This document shows, piece after piece, positions 1 through 12,503 of a stretch of 64,000 bases of DNA. The stretch comes from Epiperipatus broadwayi. Lineage: Eukaryota > Animalia > Onychophora. The notes below the pieces were generated by a model, which was not told where the DNA came from, made no database searches, and worked only from the letters and a program-made list of their open reading frames with translations. The position numbers and the translations under genes were made by a program. The stretch is taken from NCBI GenBank assembly GCA_028023455.1, contig JAQFVV010000011.1, positions 1,674,001-1,738,000 on the forward strand, given 5' to 3'. Within the stretch, counting starts at the first letter, position 1, and every line of letters starts with the position of its first letter.

Positions 1-8
1 TTTTATTT

Positions 9-260
9 GTTATTAAATTCTAAGTGCTAGAAACGTTAGATAAGAAAAGCCTCAGTTTAAGCATATCTAAAACTTTGAGTTAAGAAATTTTGATATCTTG
101 ATATTATATTCTTAGCAATAAGTAGTGGAAAAGAGAGTGGTAGGTGCTAAGAATAAGATATCATAACCAAGATATCGAAAGGACTTAGCTTAAAATTAAA
201 AAAAAGTTTATACTGAAGCTTTTCTTATTTAGCGTTCTTATGGCTTAGAATTTAATTACA
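9..260. repeat. Degenerate fold-back (inverted repeat), arms ~9-125 and ~145-260
   Basis: GTTATTAAATTCTAAGTGCTAGAAACGTTAGATAAGAAAAGCCTCAGT near the start is the approximate reverse complement of ACTGAAGCTTTTCTTATTTAGCGTTCTTATGGCTTAGAATTTAATTAC (212-259); GATATCTTG and CAAGATATC also pair across the centre. Confidence 0.7.
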
Positions 261-996
261 ATTCACTTAGGAAAAGTTTATCAACTTATATATTTTTGAT
301 CTAAATTTTTTTCCCATTTACTTTAGGGTTAAGGTGGACAATGAGATTTCTGATGAAATAGTAAATACTATGTACATCAAGTAATTTTTCAACACTTACA
401 ACATTATATTTAGAAATATATTTATGTATGACATCAAAACTATATCAAGCTTAGATGGATAAGAACATGGACTAGTGACATTTCAAGTGTGCTATCTAGT
501 AAATATTATATGCATCAAGTGATTTTTCAACATTTACAATGTTATATTTTGAAATGTAATATGTATGGTAGGTGCTAAGAATAAGATATCATAACCAAGA
601 TATCGAAAGGACTTAGCTTAAAATTAAAAAAAAGTTTATACTGAAGCTTTTCTTATTTAGCGTTCTTATGGCTTAGAATTTAATTACAATTCACTTAGGA
701 AAAGTTTATCAACTTATATATTTTTGATCTAAATTTTTTCCCCATTTACTTTAGGGTTAAGGTGGACAATGAGATTTCTGATGAAATAGTAAATACTATG
801 TACATCAAGTAATTTTTCAACACTTACAACATTATATTTAGAAATATATTTATGTATGACATCAAAACTATATCAAGCTTAGATGGATAAGAACATGGAC
901 TAGTGACATTTCAAGTGTGCTATCTAGTAAATATTATATGCATCAAGTGATTTTTCAACATTTACAATGTTATATTTTGAAATGTAATATGTATGG
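138..996. repeat. Near-perfect 428-bp tandem duplication
   Basis: 139-568 is repeated at 567-996 (period 428) with no difference seen by eye; TGG microhomology at the junction (138-140 / 566-568). Confidence 0.95.
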
Positions 997-1310
997 CACC
1001 AACACTATATTAGGGTTAGGTGAACAAAGAACAAGGACATTTCAAGTATGTTACTTTTTTGGTAAAATAATAAAATAGTAAATATTGTGTGAATCAAATA
1101 ATTTTTTCAACATGTATAATATTACATTTTTAAATACATTATGTATGACATCAAAATTCTCTTACAGTTAGGTGAATAAGGAATATAGACCAGTGATATT
1201 TCAAGTGTGTTATCTTTTTGGCAAAATAATAAATATAATGTGCATCAGGTAATTTTTCAACATTTACAAAATTATATTTTGAAATGTATTATGTATGACA
1301 CAAAATCTAT
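325..1310. repeat. Degenerate ~140-150 bp minisatellite
   Basis: Recurring AGTAAATA(T/C)T..TG(C/T)ATCAAGT.ATTTTTCAACA.TTACAA..TTATATTT.GAAAT motif at ~359, 497, 787, 925, 1076 and 1227. Confidence 0.8.
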
Positions 1311-1541
1311 ATTACTTATAAAAGCAATTTTTGGTAAAATGCATATGTTATATTTACAGATTTTTTGTAAATACATTCTATGAAAATATTTACATTTTTT
1401 GTTGTTCTTTTATACTGCATTTCAAAATAATAGTATTGCAAATCTTGGGGGAAAAAATAGTTTCATATAAAATATATATGAAAATCATTAGTATAGTTTT
1501 ATTGCTGTGTGTGTATATATATATTAATTCTAATATTTTCA

Positions 1542-1669
1542 CGGGATATTCCGTGTAGTGAAAAAGCTAAATGCTGACGTTTCAGTACAATATCAAGTAC
1601 CTTCCTCAGAGTACTTGATATTGTACTGAAACGTCAGCATTTAGCTTTTTCACTACACAGAATATCCCG
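1542..1669. mobile_element. Palindromic insertion (59-bp arms, 10-nt loop) derived from a hammerhead-bearing Penelope-like terminal repeat
   Basis: Arms 1542-1600 and 1611-1669 are reverse complements with one mismatch; the loop CTTCCTCAGA carries the HHR core on the minus strand. Confidence 0.8.
1569..1610 (-). ncRNA. Type I hammerhead ribozyme motif (family D), stem I 5' strand truncated
   Basis: Minus strand: T-CTGAGGA-A-GGTAC-TTGATATT-GTACT-GAAAC-GTC^AGCATTT; 5-bp stem II, palindromic ACGT stem III, GUC cleavage triplet. Confidence 0.7.
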
Positions 1670-1852
1670 CAAATAGTAATAATAATATGACATATATATA
1701 TATTACAACCTTTAGCAGAAACTAAAAGTCAAGTTAAATTTTGTAACAAGACATCTAAAACAAAAAAAGTGAATATAGTTTAATTCGATCATTAAGATTT
1801 TTATTAGTGTTTTGTAACGCCATAATTTTTATATATAAAAGTTACTATATCA

Positions 1853-1955
1853 GTATTTTGGTGGTCTAGAGGTCAGCACAGCTGCTTTACAAGCAGTTGT
1901 CCCGGGTTAGCGGGTTCGCTTCCCGGCCGATGCTATGACACATGAAGAAAAAAAT
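1853..1955 (+). mobile_element. tRNA-Gly(TCC)-derived SINE-like element (copy 1)
   Basis: A-box-like TGGTCTAGAGG, arm GCTGC-TTTACAA-GCAGT, B box GGTTCGCTTCC, 8-nt insertion in the T arm (GGGTTAGCGGGTTCGC), short tail TATGACACATGA plus A-run; matches copies at 31978 and 53162. Confidence 0.75.
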
Positions 1956-2604
1956 AAAATAAAATGTACACAGCATAAATTATAATAGTTTTAAGCTTAA
2001 ATAAGTATTTATCATACTAAAGTCTTTAAATTTTTAAATGGCTGGTAATGTAAATGATAAATAATTTGTACCAAGTGAATATTAATTTATTCCTAATTTA
2101 ATTGTTAAAATGTTTTGAAAAGCTTGCATTAATTTTAAGATAGAGTTCAAATCCTATATTTTGATTTTGTTGATAACAGAATTTTTCAAATGAAATGACA
2201 GGATCCCATTTTCCCCAGAATCCTGGGGGTAAAAAATTATCCCAGGATAAAAAACCAAATTTCCCGAGAATCGTTCTAATTCTTATTTTTTCACTTTTTT
2301 TAAAGATATCAAAAATATTCGCACTCGAAATTTTAGTATATGTATTTGCTCTACTTTTTCTGGTCGTATAATGAATTGCGAATAAAATTAGAAAAATGCA
2401 ATACATGTGCCACAGATAAAGAATTTGCCATACAAATTCAAATATATTGAATTATGGTCGCCTGTTATGTATAATGATATTTTACAAACTTGTCAGTAAT
2501 ATATAGGGTATATGAGCACAGACTTTCACACGCCCCATCACTCTCCACATTATCTCATAACACTGATACACTTGAGCACATATATGTCGAAAAGATAAGT
2601 AATC

Positions 2605-2648
2605 ACAAATAAACGTATTTCATGCTAAACCAGCAATCATCAGTTGGT
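2605..2648 (-). ncRNA. Hammerhead ribozyme motif, family A-I, degenerate
   Basis: ACCAA-CTGATGA-TTGCTG-GTT-TAGCAT-GAAA-TACGTT-TA^TTTGT; mismatches in stems I and III. Confidence 0.65.
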
Positions 2649-3068
2649 ACAGATTACCACTCTACACATATATGCTATAAGTGCTCAGATATATATTAAG
2701 ATAGCCAAACCTCATACTTTAATGGACAGGCTTCAATCTACTCCACACTCCAACTCTTCAACCATCCATCCAATTGAAAATCTGATTATGGAATGCCCAA
2801 AGGCCACCCTGAGGCCGAGATTATTGTCACACCCATGTTGACTAAGGTCAATCTGACCCCTCATGTACAAGTCATAATCCATTTAATACATATACAAGGG
2901 ATGGGCAGACATCTCTACAATGTAATAACTGAAACACAGGCTTATTATATACCTATGTCTATATATGTAATATATAGGGTATATGAGCACAGACTTTCAC
3001 ACACCCCACCACTCTCCACACTATCTCATAACACTGAAACACCATATATGTCGAAAAGATAAATAATC

Positions 3069-3112
3069 ACCAATATACATATTTCATGCTAAACCAGAAA
3101 TCATCAGTTGGT
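3069..3112 (-). ncRNA. Hammerhead ribozyme motif, family A-I
   Basis: ACCAA-CTGATGA-TTTCTG-GTT-TAGCAT-GAAA-TATGTA-TA^TTGGT; stem I intact, stem II weakened. Confidence 0.7.
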
Positions 3113-3602
3113 TCAGACTACCACTCTACACATATATGCTGTAAGTGCTCAGATACTCCACACTCCAACTCTTCAACCGTCCATCCAATTGAAAATCTGA
3201 TGATGGAATAAACTTATTGTTATGAAACCCATTTTCCACTTTGAAATTCTTTTTAATACAAATTTGTAAACAAAAATGTTGTATATGAAATTTGACTTTA
3301 TTAAATTCAAACTCAGGAAATGCCCATATTTGTAATTATTTTTGATAAATACAGGTATTTTATTTTATTGTTATGATTATTACTGTGGGTAATTTATTAT
3401 AAAGAAAAACATACCTAAATAAAGAAGTGCTTAAGTAATATTTGAACATTTTATTTTTAATTCTTAAAGACAAATCTTTAAGATTAGAACTTTTTTAAAA
3501 AATAAAAAAGATTTTTAAGCACGTTTTGAAAATCAAATTGTAACTAAGATTATTTGGTTTAGTTTTCATTGTTATTAAATAAGATATTAAATTAACCCTA
3601 TA

Positions 3603-4810
3603 ATGTCAATTGGAAGTGCATCTAAAGCATGGCAGTATTTTACACAAGATAAAAAATAAAAAACAGAATCTTCCATTTGCAATAAATGACATGCAACTAT
3701 AATATTTAAAGGGTTTTCAACAAATGGACTTCTTCTTCATTTAAAAAAAGTTCATAAGGAAGTGAAATTAAAGTAAATTAAAAAAGACCAAATGACACAG
3801 ATTTGGAATTAAGAAATTTTCAATGTAAAATTACATCATTTAGAAAAAAGGAGGAATTGTTTCAAAATTGGCAGCTGTTGATGGGTTTTCTATTAATGCC
3901 AATATTAATGCCAAACTTTGTCTAATAAAGGGATATTACTGAAAAAGTCTTCGCATGTTATGAATATGGTAAAAAGCCAATGCCATTTGGCAAAACAAGG
4001 TGTAAGGAAATAAACATACAAATTATAGGTGGCTCAAGATTTTCTATTTTGATGAATGAATGTACATATTTAAAAAATTGTTGCAATATGAATTCAAATG
4101 TGCATTCATCAACTAAGTTTTGGAACTTGGGTATGATTTGCACATTTGGAAGCCTTCCTGCAGAAAAAATTGATATGGTTGAAAATCAACTGTCAGAGTT
4201 TAATTTATCTATAAAGAAAGATATAATCTCTTGTGTGACTTTATGAAAAAAATTGGCAGATTAAGTGGTATGGAGCACCAACTATATTATGCAAATGAAC
4301 TACATTTAGCAGTTTCTGATGTTCTCTATAAAAATGGTGATTTATGATATATCAATTAATGAATGCTATAATCATGAGTGGAATTTTTCCAAATACTGTA
4401 GTGAAGATGACGAAACTGATAGTAAAGAAAAAAAGTTCATAACTTCAATGGATTTTCAATCAAGTGAAAATGATGATTTATTTAATTTAACAAACATTGA
4501 GCTCACTGATGAGCTTGCTCAAACAGTTCAAAAAGTCCATAAAATTGTACAAATGTTTTGTAAGTCATCACTCAACTTTTTTAATTCTATACAAATATGT
4601 AAAAATTGAGTACAATACAGAACTCAAGTTGCTACTTGATGTAAAAACAAGATGGAACAGCCTTCTTACAAATACTGCATTGAAAACTTGCATAATAAAG
4701 CCTTTGCTGGATTTTAATTTGAATAGCCTCAACAATATTGAAAACATATGAGGAAAATTAATATTGAAAGACTTGGTGAATGTAATATAAACCTATTTAA
4801 AGTAGAGGGT
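3603..4810 (+). pseudogene. Decayed hAT-superfamily transposase with N-terminal BED zinc finger
   Basis: Manual translation across stops and frameshifts: SKAWQYF..ICNK*..STNGLLLHLKKVH (BED finger); VSKLAAVDGFSINA; RFSILMNECT (first catalytic D region) ..FWNLG; DIISCVT; ANELHLAVSDVLY (CxxH-region motif); KVHKIVQMF; LLLDVKTRWNSL. Confidence 0.85.
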
Positions 4811-7800
4811 ATATTAGTATTTATTTGATCATTATTTATTGCATAATGTTAATGGAGTTACATTTGGCATTAATTATTATTAATATTTATCATCTTTCAC
4901 ATTCATTTGCTATAATATTTTTGTTAGAGATAGTAGATTTATTGTCTATTTATGAATGCTTATGTATGCCAGTACATTTAATGATGATAGCATTGTCTCT
5001 TATTATTTGTTTTGCTATAGTATGTATGCTCATATGCCTATATTTTTGGAGATAGCACCTTAAACTCTCTATTTTAAGGCAATTGTCCATGATATGGATT
5101 TTCATCATTTTCCCTGATTAATAACAAAGTCCTAGATCCTTTTATTAGCCCTCAAAAGTAGGTGCACTTTTGAGCTAGACCAGCATACTTTTCAGATTGC
5201 CTTAATTAATTTACTTCAAAATGGATTTTGTTTGTAGTATGTTTAGTAAAGCATGTGTAATATTTTACCATGGCTTTATCTGACCTTTTAATGGTTTTTA
5301 TCAATCTATTGAGGAATCCTATCTTACCTCTGTAGTATTCTTGGTTGGTTTAGATATGAATGATTCATTGTAGATGTGTAAGTCCTACATTTAAGCTTTG
5401 CTAATAATGAGAACAAAATACAATAAATAATTTACTACTTTATCCCCGAATTGATAAACTATTATTATTACTGAGTATATTAAATAATCATAAAAGGGAC
5501 ACTACTTATATGAAGGTTATTATTAATTGAGAACTTTTGATAATTAAGCAATAGAAAGTTTATTTTATTCTGCTAGATTATTTTTTACTTAATCCTATTG
5601 AATTTTGTTTTTATAAAACATGATGTAAAATTTTAATCCTTCTGTTATAAATTTTGAGGAAGTAGTGTTGTGAAAACCTTTAGCTATGTGGACTCAGATA
5701 TGGAATATTTGTAATTTTGTATTTGTTTTTCTGTGGAATACATATTTGTTTTTTGTTATTTAACAAATTTCTCATTGTTGTTTGTTCATTCCACTTATCA
5801 ACTAGAAATCATTCCACTTATGAATAAAATATAAGTACTTATAAAATGTTATCAATTATTTTAAGTGTATTTGCTAAAAGAGTACATGAACACTGAAAAT
5901 AGTAAGAGTCTCTTTATTGAATTATTTAAGCATTATTGAAACGTTTAAGAAAGATGAATTTTGTTTCATAAAGAATTATAATCTGATATATTATTTTGGA
6001 TCACATTAACTAATTTGATTTGCTTAGTTCAAATTACTATACATTTTTATTTTAAATCATTTTCATATTTGAAGATCATATTTATTATTCTATGATAAAA
6101 TTTAATTTACAAGAACCAAGTTCATATTTAGGAGAGGTTTAAGTAGATTTATTCTACGATATTTAGAATGACTATTAAATCATTACACATTCTTAATGCC
6201 CGAGTGTAATCTTCAATTGTCCATTATCTTATTTTAAAACTAAGAGATCACGTTTATGTTATTTAAGTTAGCAATAGTATTATTATTACCATAATTATGA
6301 TAAAACATCAGTTTAGAGGAAGTGTATGTCTTATTTATTTTCTAGAATTTCATTCAATATTGAATAGATCAAAAGAGTCAAAGATAATTTACTTTATAAT
6401 TTAAATAAGATCATATTACCCTGAGATACCCTAATTTGTTTCATAAACCATATTATTTGAATTTAGTTTGACAATGAAGAAATTACATTTAAAAGATGGA
6501 TATTAAGTAGCATAGTTTTCCAAATAACTTTTCTATATTTTAAAAGGCTTAAATAATGTTTTATCTGACCAGAGCAATGAGATGCTGAGAAGATACTGAA
6601 GAAACGGATTACATGCTAATTGTAGTAAATATTTGTAGAAGAAATTTAAATGTAATCTCAATGGCATATGCTCATAATATTAAGAGTCTTTTATGTATGG
6701 TAGAATGAGATGAGATTTCTCCTCTTCTTAAGTTATTAGTAATGTTGCTTTGTATTTTATTATAATGCTTACCCTCATATCTAAATTTTTATTGTAGCAT
6801 ATGGAATTTATATAAACCCATGGAGTTTAACTATATCATGTGACATTTTAGCTTATACTTTATGTATTGTCATCTAGCAAAGGCTGTGTTTTATACCTAC
6901 TACCAGCAGTTTGGATCAATAGCTCACTTTCTAGATTACAATATATTATTTAAAATTGTATTATAAGTCTATTTCTTTTTGCCAGTTTTGTTAAATTAAA
7001 AAGTCTAAAAAACCATTTGAACCAGTTTTTTTCATGTTTTAATATATATATGTTTTTTTTTAAAAAAAAAACTGATGTCAATATCAGTTAGATAGCTGCA
7101 AAAGAATGGGGGAAAGCTAAAGGAAGTCCACGATATCACAAACCTGAAAATCATTCAATTAAACCATGGTTACTAATTAATAGAAAATCTATAGTTTATA
7201 AGTTGGAAATAAAGTTTACATTTGATGGTGAAAAAAAAAAGCTAACCCGTAAAGAATCTAATAATCTCTTTCAAAATAAATTGATTCCTCAAACTTTACA
7301 GAATCAAACTATATACCTAACTACATAACATCATGCTTATTTCTTACTTTACATTCTTGATTTATTCACCCATAACCTTATATAGAGCAATAAATGGTCA
7401 AAAAATATCAAACAGCATAGAAGATGCTTTTTTCTATTTACTGGTTACTCCTAAAATGAATATCTGCAATGTAGAAACTAGTAATATGAATTTAACAGCC
7501 TTGACAACAGTATCATTAACATTAAGTGCCTATTCAATGCTTATGTAAAGACCTATGATATAGTTAGTTATTTAGGAGTTAAAGAAGTGGAAAATTATTA
7601 CTAAGATTTTTTTTTTACTTTGATAAACCATTAACCCCTAACCTCTGTCATTTCCCCACTATTTAACCTCTCGACAGATAGCTTCACTTTATAAAACTGA
7701 AGAAATTTGATGAGAATTCATTTAATGTGCTCTAATTTAATTGCTCAAAGTCACTAATTTTGAATTTTCTTTGGGTGGTACAATAGCATTGTTATTGCTT

Positions 7801-9303
7801 AGGCTTTTCTTCACTATTTTGTGGTTATCTATGTTAGTAAGCTGATACATATTTTTTTGCTTAGAAATGATAATTAAAATTATTACTTAAAAAAAACTGA
7901 AGTTGTCAGTATTATACAAATCTCTTACAAAATTTGAATATGAAATCAATCTAACAACATCTTCTCTGGATCTCAAAACAAATTGACAATGATTATTTGG
8001 CCTCAAGGTAATTTTGATATGTGTTTTGTTTTAGTACTTCAAAAAGAAAAAAAATATAATTTTCAGTAATTTATTTACATATATTTGACTCAAATTTGCA
8101 AACATTTGTCCATTTGCATACCTAAGTCACTTTTTTCTTCTTTATAAGCTAATGTTAAGTGCACCTAGCACTAGATTATGAAGAAGAAAACCACTTCAAT
8201 ATGCAGATGAACAAATGTTTGAAAATTTAAATTACAAATACAAACGGATGTTAAAAATCAATATTACATAAATTTATGCTTAATTATGTAACATACTTGT
8301 AAAATATTAATTTAAATAAAAAACAATTGTAAAAATGTATTTATGATAAAAGAGGAACTTGTTTTACAAGCTCCTGATAATTGCTTTCATAAATACTGGA
8401 CAATACTTTTTTGTGAAATTTTAATAAAAATGTAATTTTTATTTTAAGCATATTTTTATTCTTTCACAAAGTCTCAATTAATGTTTATATTTTAAAAATG
8501 GAATTCAAATAAGAAATATTTTATTCTACAATTTTTATAACCAGATAAGATTATGTCCAGTAACAAAAAGTGTCATTGCTATAGTTAAAAATGCCTTTCA
8601 GCACTTTATTTTTCTATTTTGCAAAGTTCAAATAAGAATTTTTAGAATGACTTTCATTTATAAGCTTACATTTGTAATAAATAATGTAAAGAATATTAAT
8701 ATGATATTGAAAAAATGTTTAATATTGCAAATATGGACAAAGTTATGATTGGAATCTTTCAGATACGACCGGGTGGAGTTGGACCTTGAACCGGTTAAAA
8801 TTGAAATATATATCTGTATTTCTAAAATGTCTCTATTTATTACTGATTTTACAATAACCAATATGTATATATTTCAAATTTCAATCATAAAAATTGTCTA
8901 TAATGTCGTTTATGATTATTATTTTACAAACATATATATATAGTACCAAATGAGCATTATGTTGAACTGGTATGTAAATTTAAAATTAATTCAAGTGGAG
9001 TCATTAATAATATCCATGTGACATTGATTTATTTATCAATTTAGACTTGTAACAGGAAGTGAATTCATTTTTATGTAAAATCGAAAGTTTAGTTAGTAAG
9101 TTAAAATATGGTTCTTTGCACAGTTTATATAAATATGTACTCTATTAAAATGTGTGCACGTTTATTTAATAATAAAAAGCTAATTCCAGAATAGTTTTAT
9201 TTTTAATTCTGTGGTACTGTAAGAATTTATAAACAAAACACAGAAAAGTGCAAAGCTAGTAAATTTTGAATAGTAACTTATCTTTTTTTACATGATAAAA
9301 TTT

Positions 9304-9525
9304 AAAAGATATTATATATGGGGAAATAGAAAAGCACGTGGAATTACTCGTGCGTGTTCGATTAAAAAAATCAGATATATTAATCATTAAGTAAGATTTA
9401 AAGCTTATATTTGGGATAGAGATAATCCCTAATTTAATACATGGTTAGTGATAATCACTACTATATTTATCTAAAGTGTATTGTGTTAAAGTTGTGGGTG
9501 GAGTAAGTTTGACACTTATAAATTA
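9304..9525 (+). repeat. Fragment of HHR family C unit body (no ribozyme core)
   Basis: Aligns by eye to 11721-11935 (AAAAAATCAGATATATTAATC..AGATTTAAAG.TTATAT..AGAGATAATC..AAAGTTGTG.GTGGAG.AAGTTTGACA). Confidence 0.75.
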
Positions 9526-10283
9526 ATAATGTAAAAAATCATTACCTTTTGAAATGTCAATAGATTTTACTTTTTTTTTTTAAAAAAAAGTAACGATATA
9601 TAATCGTATTTTCTATCTAGTGAATTTACCAAATGATTCAGAGCAGTGAAAGAAAATAATTTTGAAAAGACATGCAACCCCCCCCCCCCCATAAAATATT
9701 AATATGATAGCACTTCGATGGTCCCAAATTGATTCGTTATATATATAAACAACTTTGTGGGTGTTTGATTAATATTGGAAAAAAAAAAAACATGGAAGAA
9801 GATGGTTTTATAAAAGAAAGTTTAAATTTATATATTATTAATGCTTGATAAATTTTTAATGGGATTTTATATAAAAGTCTGCTAATTTTAAAATCTGTTC
9901 TTTGGATATTATAATTTTAAATTTACAAATTACAAGTTAAACTATTTAACTATTTTTGGAAAGAAAAAAAAAATTATAATAATAAATGTTACTTTTAAAA
10001 AAGATCATTCATTAATTTGTACATTAGAAGTTGTAAAAAAGTAAATTTTGAAATATTCTCTTTTCTTAATGTCACATATAAAGCATATAACAGACAAATG
10101 GTCTGCTCGGGAGTATAAGAAATTCGAACAATGAATCTGACAGAGCTAAGTTGTGGCCTGTGGATCATGAGTCTATACTGTATCACTACAGTAAACCACA
10201 CACAAAAAAAACCTACAAAAAGTTAGATCATATGTAGATTTAAAAAAAATAGTTTCAGATTGACTAGATATTTATTTAAGATA

Positions 10284-10595
10284 ATGTTGGCATCAGCATG
10301 GGATTTGGCTTTCCATCATCAGATTTTCAATGATATGGATGGTTGAAAAGTTGGAGGTAGGAGTAGATTGAAGCCTTTCCATTAAAGTGTGAAGATTTGC
10401 TATCTCAATATAAACTGAGCACTTATTATATATATGGTGATGATAATCTGGACCAACTGATGAGTGCTGGTTTAGCATGAAATACTTATATTGGTGATTA
10501 TTTATCTTTTCTATATGTGTGTGGTCACGTGTATCAGTTTTATGAGATAGTGTGGATAGTTGGTGGGTGCATGAAAGTCTGAGTTCAAATCCCCT
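10284..10595 (+). mobile_element. HHR family A (A-II) 5'-truncated monomer with 16-bp TSD
   Basis: Homologous to 42590-42898; flanked by ATATTTATTTAAGATA at 10268-10283 and 10596-10611. Confidence 0.9.
10452..10495 (+). ncRNA. Hammerhead ribozyme motif, family A-II
   Basis: ACCAA-CTGATGA-GTGCTG-GTT-TAGCAT-GAAA-TACTTA-TA^TTGGT; predicted cut after 10490. Confidence 0.8.
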
Positions 10596-11439
10596 ATATT
10601 TATTTAAGATAGATGAAACAGTGTTTACATAGCAATGTCCAATAGCATCGTGTAGATAAACAGTTCTCACAAAGCTTGCCAGTTTCCTAGTGATAAAAAA
10701 TTCCATCCTTGTTTTATAATCTAGTTAAGAATAGCCAGAAACCCATTTGCTGACCAATATCAGATGGTTTTTCTATCTAAAAAAATCTAAGTTTATTTGG
10801 CCTGGATTTGAACCTAACATGAGGCAAGGTCAATGGATGTGCTACCAATTCAGTATGAGGTTCTTAAATATTTAATATATATTAAAACAAATACATTGTG
10901 ATGTCAAAATAATAGAACATTCTTCAGATCTGTGCTGCACTAATCTCACATTTCAGGTTCAAATTAGTTAATTTACATTCCCAAAAATCACCAGGCATCC
11001 TTCAGAACCTAGCAGTTACAGTCTTATTCAGATTACACCTCTTAGCAGTCTGTTAATATTTTTTAAATCTCAATTATTATAATTCCCCCCCCCCCCAATC
11101 TGACTTTAAAGTCAGCAAACACAGCTTATCCATTATTATACTTCTTAATGTTGATAGATTTTAAAATTGGAAAATCAGTCGTGGCGTACTGTAAATACTT
11201 TTGTAAATATTGCCTCCTTCAAATAATCAAAAACACTTTGCATCTCAACACTGATAACACTTGGTTCAACTTGTACATTTTGTAGTCAAGTTTACAGATT
11301 TTTCCATTACTTCTTATCTTTACCTATATAATTTCTAAACGATGATTTATATAAATCATCATGAATACTTATTTTCTCACAGTTTGTCGAATATTCCATT
11401 CTAAATTAGTTTTTTTTTTTAAAAAGACTAATAGCTTCA

Positions 11440-11512
11440 TTGCTAAGTTCGAGCACCATAATTGATCCCGGGGCCTACCGATCCCAAGTCGGACACTCTA
11501 TCACCTGTGCCA
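11440..11512 (-). mobile_element. tRNA-derived SINE-like element, TGG-loop family (copy 1)
   Basis: Minus: TGGCACAGGTGATAGAGTG-TCCGA-CTTGGGA-TCGGT-AGGCCCGGGATCAAT..GGTGCTCGAACTTAGCAAT; similar to 30634-30733 and 30769-30855. Confidence 0.6.
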
Positions 11513-11605
11513 AAACATAGATGGAATAGATTCTGAATTAATGATTTAAAAGATGCAGTTGTTGTTTTTAAAATCTCTGATACAACCATTTAAGAATCTT
11601 TTGAA

Positions 11606-12137
11606 GATGAGTGCTGGTTTAGCACGAAATGCATCTTGGGGGTCATTTGTCTTTTATTGTATCTTTATTTATATGAATTTAAGAAGAATGGGAAAGTATG
11701 GAGGTGTTTATTATTTCTATAAAGATATTACATACGGGACTGAGAAAGGTGAATAACTCCGTGTGTGTAAATTTAAAAAATCAGATATATTAATCTTTAA
11801 CTGAGATTTAAAGTTTATATCTGTGCTAGAGATAATCTCTAGTTTCGAAAATGATTAGTAATAATCATTTGTGTATTTATCAGAAATGGATGGCGTCAAA
11901 GTTGTGAGTGGAGGAAGTTTGACAATGGTAAATGAAAAAGTAACAATTTACTCTAGATAAATACTTTGCATATAATAAAGATATATATGAGAGATAGTGA
12001 TCTAGGCCAACTGATGAGTGCTGGTTCAGCACGAAATGCATCTTGGGGGTTATTTGTCTTTTATTGTATCTTTATTTATATGAATTTAAAAAGAATGGGG
12101 AAGTATGGAGGTGTTTATTATTTCTATAAAGATATTA
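11606..12137 (+). mobile_element. HHR family C1, ~1.3 tandem units of 407 bp
   Basis: GATGAGTGCTGGTT.AGCACGAAATGCATCTTGGGGG..AAAGATATTA at 11606-11730 and 12013-12137 (period 407, about 4 differences); first copy is truncated inside CTGATGA. Confidence 0.9.
12007..12046 (+). ncRNA. Intact minimal type I hammerhead ribozyme, family C1
   Basis: CCAA-CTGATGA-GTGCTG-GTT-CAGCAC-GAAA-TGCA-TC^TTGG; canonical core, G10.1-C11.1 pair, palindromic ATGCAT stem III, AUC triplet, cut after 12042. Confidence 0.9.
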
Positions 12138-12189
12138 TTATTACTGATTTAATCAAAAATCACTCAATTCACATGGTGTGTGTGCAAAA

Positions 12190-12503
12190 GTGATGTGATG
12201 CACTGTGACTTCTCCTTAAACGGAGTCGGGAATCTCTCAGCAACCATGCCCTGAGAAACCTGTTAGCCACTTTACCTTCCATTCCCCACCCTAAGTTTTC
12301 CCGTATTCTGCTCCATCCCATTTCCACAACATAATCGTTGTCAACTCTATGGCCTTTATATCTAAATCTCTCTTATCTTTTCCCAAACCCAGCATAAAAA
12401 CCCATAACCCACTTTCTGTATAATCACTTTTTCCATATTTATTCTTCCATGACTTCATTATTTGTACCCTTTCTATTTTCAAGCATTTACATTCAATTAA
12501 CAG
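12190..12503 (-). mobile_element. 3' end of a non-LTR retrotransposon (copy a)
   Basis: Closely similar to 61963-62301 and 62303-62640; the minus strand ends in a short (ATCAC/ATCTC)n tail; minus ORF 12291-12482 is the C-terminal remnant. Confidence 0.8.

Larger units (their letters stand above)
2497..3209 (-). mobile_element. HHR repeat family A (subfamily A-I), ~1.5 tandem units of 471 bp
   Basis: ATATAGGGTATATGAGCACAGAC at 2501 and 2972 (period 471); second unit is 5'-truncated with an internal deletion; closely similar to 35760-36667. Confidence 0.9.

Noticed and set aside
320-1030. TTAGGG-like hexamers in the 140-bp repeat as telomeric sequence
   Set aside because: At most two adjacent imperfect units; no array.
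2644-3062. ORFs overlapping HHR repeats (also 10293, 11553, 11966, 15865, 20304, 29923, 42384) as a protein family
   Set aside because: The similar peptides simply reflect the DNA repeat; frames are not conserved between copies, which carry frame-disrupting indels.
4506-4525. CTGATGAG-CTTG-CTC-AAAC as a hammerhead
   Set aside because: Lacks G12 and stems I/III; lies within the hAT coding frame (ELTDELAQ).
11440-11475. Resemblance of CTAAGTTCGAGCACCAT..CCCGGG to 7SL RNA
   Set aside because: Short match only; the opposite-strand tRNA-derived reading is supported by two other copies.
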